IMG/VR virus record: IMGVR_UViG_3300021400_000025
Span: 310,479 to 374,478 of that record
DNA length: 64,000 bases
Strand: one strand, 5' to 3'
Source of the DNA: a virus
Lineage: Duplodnaviria; Heunggongvirae; Uroviricota; Caudoviricetes
Shown here piece after piece: positions 57,095 to 64,000 of the stretch (position 1 is the stretch's first letter; every line of letters starts with the position of its first letter). Made by a program: the position numbers and the translations under genes. Below the pieces are notes generated by a model. The model was not told the DNA's origin, searched no databases, and worked only from the letters and a program-made list of their open reading frames with translations.

Positions 57095-57301
57095 TCACTT
57101 TTTGGCGTAAATCGGCTCCCAATGCGTAACAACCATCCTGTCGGGCCACTTTCGCGCCAATCCGTACATTCGCATCTTTGCCTCGGCTTCTGCGGCATTC
57201 CTGTCGGTTCCCTGCACCACAACCCGGTCAATCTGAAAGTCCTTGCCGTCCCTATCTACAAGTTTGATGATGAAACTGAATCCTATGGTGTTCTCAGCCA
57301 T
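57095..57301 (-). CDS. small hypothetical protein
   Basis: AAGGAG RBS. Confidence 0.7.
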   Translation of the reverse strand: MAENTIGFSFIIKLVDRDGKDFQIDRVVVQGTDRNAAEAEAKMRMYGLARKWPDRMVVTHWEPIYAKK

Positions 57302-57320
57302 TTTGGGACACTCCTTTCAA

Positions 57321-57671
57321 TCACGCAACCTTGTTCGCCTTGACATAGGCGGCTTCCAACTTCTCCATCGAGAAGTAGTCCATCTCCATGAGCTGGCGGG
57401 TGTATTTGCCCATCTTGGCGAACACCCACTTCATCTGCTTGGGGCTGAGCCAACCATGGGTCTTGTACCACTCGGCGAAGCGAGTCAGGAGGGTGGCGTC
57501 CCCTACCGTGAAGCCAACGCCATTGAGCGCGTGGGTGCACTCGCCATTCTGCTCCGAGTCGGTCTGGTTGTCGTATATGCGAAGCAAGGCAGCCTTCGCC
57601 CACTTCTCGTTCGTGGTGAGCATCTTGCGGAGGAACTCCACCAGAGCGGCTTTCGTAATCTTCTTCTCCAT
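57321..57671 (-). CDS. conserved phage early hypothetical protein
   Basis: IY..QT..EQ...NGVGF...DA...LS.KQ motif; AGGAG RBS. Confidence 0.8.
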   Translation of the reverse strand: MEKKITKAALVEFLRKMLTTNEKWAKAALLRIYDNQTDSEQNGECTHALNGVGFTVGDATLLTRFAEWYKTHGWLSPKQMKWVFAKMGKYTRQLMEMDYFSMEKLEAAYVKANKVA

Positions 57672-57728
57672 GACTTCTTCTCCTAATGGGGAACTCGTGG
57701 GCATCCCCTTCTCCCTCACAACACCTAC

Positions 57729-57757
57729 AGTATACCATAATTCTGGATTCAGCGCAA
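57729..57757 (-). promoter_or_regulatory. sigma70-type (early) promoter
   Basis: CCCC-TTGCGC-17 nt (TG extension)-TATACT. Confidence 0.75.
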
Positions 57758-57812
57758 GGGGGTTTCATCAAGTTTTTTGTAAATATTCATTGGACAGCAC
57801 AATAAGCATATA

Positions 57813-58037
57813 ATGAAGAAAAACACCCCCAAAATGAACGAATCTAAACAAGAATCACTCTTCGCCCAACAGGACAAGTGGAAGTTGTTCAAATGGATAT
57901 GGGATGAATTGGACACATGCCCATATGTGGCAGGCGTAGAGGACGCAGACGCATAGCATGGAACACTTGAAGTTGCCACCAAAAACGGCGACACATTTGT
58001 TCTGATTCTCAAAAAGGGGAGTTGGAGGGAAGTATGA
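57813..58037 (+). CDS. small protein with KMNE|S leader (74 aa), 1 in-frame TAG
   Basis: GTAAATA at 57779-57785; read-through of TAG 57954 gives an ATGA overlap with the next gene. Confidence 0.7.
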
Positions 58038-58417
58038 TAGAATGGATGATTAAACTTGGATTGAAGATGGTTCCGTATTCAACATTGGTGGAGGTCATAG
58101 CCACTGCGATTGCCTACATCATGGACTACGCCAGAAAGAACTCCACAAAGGACGGATGGGAAAAGGCGAAGAAGACCATACACGAAGTGCGCAATTGGAC
58201 AACATTGTTCGATGAAGTCTATGAGGACGATACCTTGACTCCTGAAGAGGAGAAGAAAATCCAGAACGCAATAGCCAACTGCACCGTGACAACCTCAATC
58301 TACAATCTCATCAAGGGCAAGAAAGCCCCGAAGAAGGAGACCTGGAGGAACAGTCGCAGGAAAACAACAACATCTTCATCAACGAAAAGAAAAACCAAAA
58401 AACAGAAAGAGGCATGA
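58034..58417 (+). CDS. membrane-associated protein, possibly holin-like
   Basis: N-terminal hydrophobic segment and very basic tail; function tentative. Confidence 0.5.
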   Translation: MIEWMIKLGLKMVPYSTLVEVIATAIAYIMDYARKNSTKDGWEKAKKTIHEVRNWTTLFDEVYEDDTLTPEEEKKIQNAIANCTVTTSIYNLIKGKKAPKKETWRNSRRKTTTSSSTKRKTKKQKEA

Positions 58418-58953
58418 AGGAAATGAAATTCAGAAGAATCGTGAAAGAATCCAACAAGGACATCCTGAAGGAAATAGAGAGGATGTACGGCGTCAAGACC
58501 GCAAGGGCACTGGAAAAATATTGCGCAAAGAAGGGCATAGATCCAGAGAGGGTCGTCAACGACACAAGCACCGACAGAAATGGGATGTGCGAATGGGACA
58601 AGTTCGATGTCTGGGCGCAGAAGCAGGGAGTTGACTTCGCCGCCAACTTTGGAGATGTGGACATGGACAGTCTGTTGGGAGTTGATGACAAGAAGAAGAC
58701 CAAGAAGCCCAAAGGTCGCGCCACGAAAATCTACGATAGACCTTCTGATGCAGACGTCTATGGAGAGTCTGGCGATCAGGACGAGAACGACGTCCTGGAC
58801 TTCATCACTGACGAACTCAACGAATGCGAATGGGTGAAATGGGTTGACTTTGACGACTACGATGCCACTTGCACGATTGGAACTTCCAGCGGAAAGGCGT
58901 ATGACATTTCCGTGAAGGAGAACACCACGGTGCAGATTGACGACGAGGACTGA
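58414..58953 (+). CDS. putative internal head protein with MKFRRIVKE|S leader, two modules
   Basis: leader motif and internal VYGE|S. Confidence 0.7.
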   Translation: MKEMKFRRIVKESNKDILKEIERMYGVKTARALEKYCAKKGIDPERVVNDTSTDRNGMCEWDKFDVWAQKQGVDFAANFGDVDMDSLLGVDDKKKTKKPKGRATKIYDRPSDADVYGESGDQDENDVLDFITDELNECEWVKWVDFDDYDATCTIGTSSGKAYDISVKENTTVQIDDED

Positions 58954-58956
58954 AAA

Positions 58957-59121
58957 ATGGGCGAGTCCAGACTGACAAAGCGGGACAAGGGGAAAATCCT
59001 TGACCTTGCGATGAACTACGCATGGAACTGCTGGCATTTGGGGGATCAGATGTTTGAATGGGAGGATGCGGAGAACGATGATTCGCGCTTCCAACTTGAA
59101 GAATATCTGGATTCAATCTGA
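58957..59121 (+). CDS. small acidic hypothetical protein (54 aa)
   Basis: GAGG RBS; MGESRLTKRDKG... Confidence 0.55.
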   Translation: MGESRLTKRDKGKILDLAMNYAWNCWHLGDQMFEWEDAENDDSRFQLEEYLDSI

Positions 59122-59153
59122 ACAACAAACAACAAAAACGAGGTAAAACAAAA

Positions 59154-59756
59154 ATGGTATACATCAACAAACTAAATGGTGGAGACATCACGATTGGAGC
59201 GGGTGGTTCAGCTCCAGCAGGACATCCAGAGACAAGATTCACTCTCCAAGATGGAACTGTTGAGACCTATAACATAACAGGACCACTTGACCAACAATGG
59301 CTGAGTAATAATGGGTATTATATCCCATGGGATGATGAAACGAGTGAAGGTGATGTGTGGTTAAAGACCATAACTCAAGTAGACATTGGAAATACTGTGA
59401 CAAGCATTGGGGAGGGTACGTTCACAAATTGCTTAAACCTTACGATCGTAACAGCTCCTGACAGCGTGACGAGCATTGAGGAGGGTTATACGTTCAACGG
59501 TTGCAGCAACCTTACGAGCGTGACGTTACCAGGCGTTGTGGGGACAATTGGGGACGAGGCATTCTATGGATGCAGCAACCTCACAGAGTTGACGATATCG
59601 GATGGAGTGACGAGCATAGCGTCTTCTGCATTCTACGATTGTGGAAGTCTTACTGGTGTTACAATAACTGCAAATGGTGGAAATGCTGAAAATGTCAAGC
59701 AAATGATGATTGAAGCTGGTGTTGATGAGAACATCACCTGGAACATGCCAAGCTGA
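59154..59756 (+). CDS. BspA-type leucine-rich repeat protein
   Basis: repeats I...VTSIG..(A/T)F..C.NLT. Confidence 0.9.
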   Translation: MVYINKLNGGDITIGAGGSAPAGHPETRFTLQDGTVETYNITGPLDQQWLSNNGYYIPWDDETSEGDVWLKTITQVDIGNTVTSIGEGTFTNCLNLTIVTAPDSVTSIEEGYTFNGCSNLTSVTLPGVVGTIGDEAFYGCSNLTELTISDGVTSIASSAFYDCGSLTGVTITANGGNAENVKQMMIEAGVDENITWNMPS

Positions 59757-59781
59757 AACAATGTGTCACACAAAAACAATC

Positions 59782-59809
59782 AAGGTTGGTTCTTCACTGA
59801 ACCAACCTT
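59782..59809. terminator. intrinsic terminator hairpin
   Basis: AAGGTTGGTTC...GAACCAACCTT. Confidence 0.7.
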
Positions 59810-59976
59810 CTTCTTTTCGCCTCATCTTCAAGTTCCATCATCTGATCCCACAGCTCGAAATGCTGGTTCTCTGACAGACACTCCACACCTGGCTTATAAT
59901 GGTTGTCCACGTCCTGCTTCAACTTCAGAAGCAATTCCTCGATTCCGCCCTCGATGTCATTGATGCCGTCCATCAT
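59794..59976 (-). CDS. small hypothetical protein
   Basis: ATGA overlap with the gp47-like gene. Confidence 0.55.
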   Translation of the reverse strand: MMDGINDIEGGIEELLLKLKQDVDNHYKPGVECLSENQHFELWDQMMELEDEAKRRRLVQ

Positions 59977-61136
59977 GCTGTCGCCGCCCTGTCGTAGTAT
60001 TCCTTCATCAGTTCAAGCAATTTCGCGTTGTCAATGGCTTCGTGGTGGATTTTCTCAATCTGCTTCTTGATGTAGTCGAACTTGTCAACCACTATGCCCA
60101 TGTCGTCATCAGAACCTTCTGGCTGCTCCCCATCTTCCGATATTCCAAGCACGAACACTGAACTGTCCTCTTCATACACACCTGCGTCAGCAACCAGATT
60201 GTCCATCTTCCCCTTCTGTTCGTCCGTGAGGACAACATCATAGCATCTTCTCACTATTGCGCCCTTCAGCTTCGTCTCGTCCACAGTCCCATTCACAACG
60301 TCGGACGCATACAATGTCACGAACTTTGGTATGGATGCGGTCTGGTGGAATGTCTCGTTGTTGCTCTCGTCCAATATGAAATAGCCATGCTGCTTCTTCT
60401 CGTCGGGAAGTCTCTGCATGTCATGCACCTGATATTGAGGGGAGCCGACTATGTTCCATGTTCTGTTCTCGAACGTCACTGTTTCGTGATCGTGTATGTG
60501 CCCCATGTAGATGGTGGAGAAATCGTGCGTGTGGTGGAGGATCTCGGATATGATGTTCCCAGTCTCAACCTCGGAGAAGTTCCTTCCACCAGCCTTGTAC
60601 GCCTCGGCATAGTGCTGTCCCTTGCTCTTGATGTCTCCAGCATAGGATATATCGAAATGCCCCATCATGATGTCGTAGATGTCGGAAAGGTGGTTTCTTC
60701 TGATGTTGTCGTTCAAAGTGGTTCCACACAACCAAGGTACAAGCAGAACCTTCTGCCCGTTCAACTTGAGTTCAGTGGGAACCGATATGATGTTCACGTT
60801 GTTCAATTCAAATATGTTCAGGGAAGTGATGACGCTGTTGTACTTCTCGTACAGGTCATGGTTTCCCTGGAGAAGGAACACCTCGCAGGTGGACGCCAAC
60901 TTTCTGACGAGATCGTTCGCCACATTCAGCGATGTCACCTCAATGGCGGTTCTTTGGTGGAAGAGATCCCCCAGGAAGAACACCTGCTTGATGCCCTCTG
61001 TCTCTATGCGTCCAATCATCTCGTCGATGACCTTCTCCGCTATCTTCTGCCGAGAGGGCTTGTCGTTGGAGATTCCAACATGGAGGTCCGTGAATACAAG
61101 GGACTTCCCAGTGCGCTCAATGTTCTTTGTTGTCAT
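59973..61136 (-). CDS. gp47: recombination nuclease subunit (T4 gp47/SbcD/Mre11-like)
   Basis: DLH, GDLFH, GNHD, GH, GHIH metallophosphoesterase motifs. Confidence 0.9.
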   Translation of the reverse strand: MTTKNIERTGKSLVFTDLHVGISNDKPSRQKIAEKVIDEMIGRIETEGIKQVFFLGDLFHQRTAIEVTSLNVANDLVRKLASTCEVFLLQGNHDLYEKYNSVITSLNIFELNNVNIISVPTELKLNGQKVLLVPWLCGTTLNDNIRRNHLSDIYDIMMGHFDISYAGDIKSKGQHYAEAYKAGGRNFSEVETGNIISEILHHTHDFSTIYMGHIHDHETVTFENRTWNIVGSPQYQVHDMQRLPDEKKQHGYFILDESNNETFHQTASIPKFVTLYASDVVNGTVDETKLKGAIVRRCYDVVLTDEQKGKMDNLVADAGVYEEDSSVFVLGISEDGEQPEGSDDDMGIVVDKFDYIKKQIEKIHHEAIDNAKLLELMKEYYDRAATA

Positions 61137-61926
61137 TTTCCTATTGCTTCCTCTGCTGTTCAAGCATTTTCTTGTAGTATGTGTCTGTGTATATCCTGTC
61201 GAAGTAGTCCGAGAAGTTGGGTATGGATCTGTTGAACGCGGACTTAATCTCAACTGCCAAGGTTGAATACTCGTCCTTGTGGTTGAAGTACCTTCCCCTG
61301 AACACCTCCCATGCATCCTGAAGTTCTGAGTTCTCATAGCACTTCCTTATCGCAACCTCAACCTCTGGGAGAAATGGGAGGAGAATCACGGAGAAATCGC
61401 CCGACATCACATACTTGTCCAGCGTGTGCCTCTCGGCAAGCGTCTTCACGCAAGCAGATGGCTCGTTGAAGCCAAGGGTGTATGTCAGATGAAGATACTT
61501 CTTCACCGCCTTTGAGAATCGGTCAACCAACGCCCGACGGGCATTCACAAGCCTTTGCTTCTTCTTCAGGCTCCGCGTTTCCTCAACCACGATCCCAATA
61601 AGGCGTTGCATCCCCCTTACTGTGGTTGGCACTTTGGATATTCTGTCCGCGACCTTCCTGAACACAATCTGCCTGTCCTCCACCGTCACCGCGTTCTTCA
61701 GAAACATCTCGTAGATCTGGTCGAAGTGCCGCTTGAACTTCCTGTACATCGACTTGCCATCGTAGTTGTCCATGTATGCCACCGAAATGTTCCTCACGGG
61801 ACCATTGTCGTTGAACAGTTTAATGTAGAGGGGAAGAACCCTTGCGACATCAGACGGGGAAAGAAGCTGGTAGCTCTTCAGCCTCCTCTCCATGTTGTCA
61901 ATGTACCGGTTGTCTCTGATATCCAT
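61117..61926 (-). CDS. hypothetical protein
   Basis: TAG at 61141 followed 7 codons later by TGA 61117; start uncertain. Confidence 0.65.
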
Positions 61927-62332
61927 CCAATATCTTTCTGATTGCGTTCGCCGTGCGCTTCCCAGTGAAGAAATAGTACCCATACACGGCATACAGGGTC
62001 TCTATCACCTTGTCCACGCCAAAACCCCACCTGTCATGGAGTTGATGGACAAACTCCTCGTCCATGAACATGGACTTGATGTTGAAGAACAAATCCTCCA
62101 CAAGTTCCTTCAGTCCTGGAACCTGCCTTTTTTCATCCAATTCGCCAAGCCCCACCAACTTTGAATAGAAGTCCTCCGCCCTGAGATTGGGATGCCTCTC
62201 GATGATCTTCCCATACACGAAATCCAATTCCTGCAACCCCTCGGGGTCGTCAAAGCACACAGATACAGATGTCTCCTTCGTGTGGAAGGGGAATCTGTTG
62301 TTCTTGGGGTCATATTCAATCTTGTTCATCAT
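61898..62332 (-). CDS. hypothetical protein
   Basis: TATAAT at 62365-62370 upstream. Confidence 0.7.
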   Translation of the reverse strand: MMNKIEYDPKNNRFPFHTKETSVSVCFDDPEGLQELDFVYGKIIERHPNLRAEDFYSKLVGLGELDEKRQVPGLKELVEDLFFNIKSMFMDEEFVHQLHDRWGFGVDKVIETLYAVYGYYFFTGKRTANAIRKILDGYQRQPVH

Positions 62333-62429
62333 ATCATGCCAAAAAACAATAATCCTCAAGTTCAATTATACGCTGAATGCGAAGGAAATGGTAAATACTC
62401 CAAAAGAAAACAGCAGAAAGGCATAGACA

Positions 62430-63170
62430 ATGGGTCAGAAGGACAAGACAAACCAGCATCTCAACGCGCAGGGACAAGGACTTGACGGATTGTATCGTGG
62501 CGTGGTGCGCAAGCAGATGTCAGATGGAAGAGTCAAGGTGTTCGTGCCGTCGGTGTACGATCCACAATTCGAGGCAGATGGAAACGAAGACTTCCTCCCA
62601 AACGCAGAGATTATGTTTCCAGTGTCGGCGAAATGCATAGACCAATCTGGATTCTTCGGGATTCCAGATGTGGGTTCCATAGTGTTCGTCAAGTTCCTCA
62701 ATGGGGATGCAAACTATCCTCTTGTGGTTGGAGTGCAGGCGAACGCAGTTCCAGGATTCGGAAAGGCGACATTCAACAAGATGATGCGCAAGAAGAAGTA
62801 TGTCAAGCAGATATTGAAGAATGGCGTCGCCGAGGTCGCTCTGGACGAAAACGGCTCAATAGAGATGACAGTGCAATCTCATGAGGGGGCTGCGCAGGAC
62901 AATGGCTCAATGAAGGAGTGCAGAATCCTCATGGACAGAACCAACGTCAACAACAGAATCATATTGGATGCCGACGACATCATCTTGAACTGCAGGAACC
63001 TGCTTCTCAAGACCTTCAACACCCAGATTGACGCCGGCAACAAGGTCATAATACATGGACGAGGTGGAAGGGTTGCCATCATGTCCCCATCCATCTTCAT
63101 CAACTCCAACTATGGACAGGGAACCAACGCCACAGTAATCAAGGGATCAAGTGGGACCATTGTTGTCTAA
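62430..63170 (+). CDS. gp5: baseplate hub/spike protein (gp5/VgrG OB-fold)
   Basis: YRGVV...GRVKV.VP...P.VGS.V.V.F.NGD.NYP.V.G; GTAAATA at 62391-62397. Confidence 0.8.
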   Translation: MGQKDKTNQHLNAQGQGLDGLYRGVVRKQMSDGRVKVFVPSVYDPQFEADGNEDFLPNAEIMFPVSAKCIDQSGFFGIPDVGSIVFVKFLNGDANYPLVVGVQANAVPGFGKATFNKMMRKKKYVKQILKNGVAEVALDENGSIEMTVQSHEGAAQDNGSMKECRILMDRTNVNNRIILDADDIILNCRNLLLKTFNTQIDAGNKVIIHGRGGRVAIMSPSIFINSNYGQGTNATVIKGSSGTIVV

Positions 63171-64000
63171 TCAAGCCAACTTCAACTTCATCTGCATCTT
63201 GAACGAAGACGAAATCATGCTCCTGACGATTCTATCGTCCATGAACACATCTGCCCTTCCAGTCGCTTTCACGAAGTCGTTCAGATCCTTGACCTTCGCC
63301 ACACCAAGCAAATCGTACATGTCAAGGTACATGGCATCTGGATATCGTTCCATGTGCTTGAGCGCAGACTGAATTCCGGCAGCATCGTTATCGAACGCAA
63401 GCACTATCTTGTGGCGTGGGTAGAATGTTGAGATCATCTTCATCTGGTACTCGGTCAGATTCCTTCCACCAAGGGCAACGCCATTCTTCACGAAAAGAGA
63501 GTCGAATACGCCCTCTGTGCAGATGATGTATGGAAAACTCACATCAATCCCCGAAAGATTGAACACAGGCTTTGGCTGGAAGTTGATGTTCTCGTCCTTG
63601 GGAAAGATGTACTTGACCGAACCCTGACCCTTGATGTCGTACTTGTTGTAGTTCGCCATCTGATGGTATATTGCTGAATCGTCCCAGATGTACTGAATCA
63701 GAATGAACTCCCTTCCTGCCGGATCCAGGATTGAGAGCATCATGTCCCGTTTGTCCAGTGGGATTCTCCGCGAATCCAAATAGCCTTTTGCCGATGATGT
63801 CAATGGCTGTGTCTTCCACCCCATCTCAAGAAGATATCTGTATGATGGGCTTGGAGACAGAATCTCGATGTCCGAGCCACCTGCCATGACAGATTCAACG
63901 ATTCCAGAACCACCACCACCCTTGACAATGTTGTTGAAGTTGAGAACCTTGTACTCGTCTATGATGGAACTGAACACATCATGAGGGCATATTGCCTTGA
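63171..64000 (-). CDS. gp61: DNA primase (T4 gp61-like), partial
   Basis: TOPRIM motifs EGVFDS, FDND.AG, KDLND; frame open to the window end. Confidence 0.85.
   Translation of the reverse strand, partial: KAICPHDVFSSIIDEYKVLNFNNIVKGGGGSGIVESVMAGGSDIEILSPSPSYRYLLEMGWKTQPLTSSAKGYLDSRRIPLDKRDMMLSILDPAGREFILIQYIWDDSAIYHQMANYNKYDIKGQGSVKYIFPKDENINFQPKPVFNLSGIDVSFPYIICTEGVFDSLFVKNGVALGGRNLTEYQMKMISTFYPRHKIVLAFDNDAAGIQSALKHMERYPDAMYLDMYDLLGVAKVKDLNDFVKATGRADVFMDDRIVRSMISSSFKMQMKLKLA

Noticed and set aside
1-64000. Suppressor tRNA, other RNA genes, CRISPR array
   Set aside because: No cloverleaf or regularly spaced repeat array recognised by eye; intergenic gaps are short

Overview
A 64-kb segment of a large T4-like myovirus (jumbo-type phage) that reassigns the stop codon TAG to an amino acid, most likely Gln (code-15-like). 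Many ORF-track fragments join into long genes across in-frame TAGs. These include the large terminase (12 TAGs, one at the conserved Gln of Walker A 'SR*VGK', plus a 156-aa mini-intein), the gp55-type late sigma factor, tail-tube, baseplate and fibre genes, and a ~3,780-aa giant protein. Replication and metabolic genes (RNase H, RecD/Dda-like helicase, gp46/47, primase, NrdD/G, MoxR ATPase) have no internal TAG. Two promoter classes are visible: sigma70-like TATAAT promoters and a late-type GTAAATA motif, often arranged back to back. The most unusual signal is a family of late-expressed modular proteins with short basic leaders and repeated (I/V/M/Y/F)-x-E|S/A linkers resembling T4 prohead-protease sites. 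One of them ends in an ArdA anti-restriction domain, suggesting capsid-packaged, protease-released cargo polyproteins. No tRNA, rRNA or CRISPR array was recognised. Product calls rest on motif recognition by eye, not database searches.
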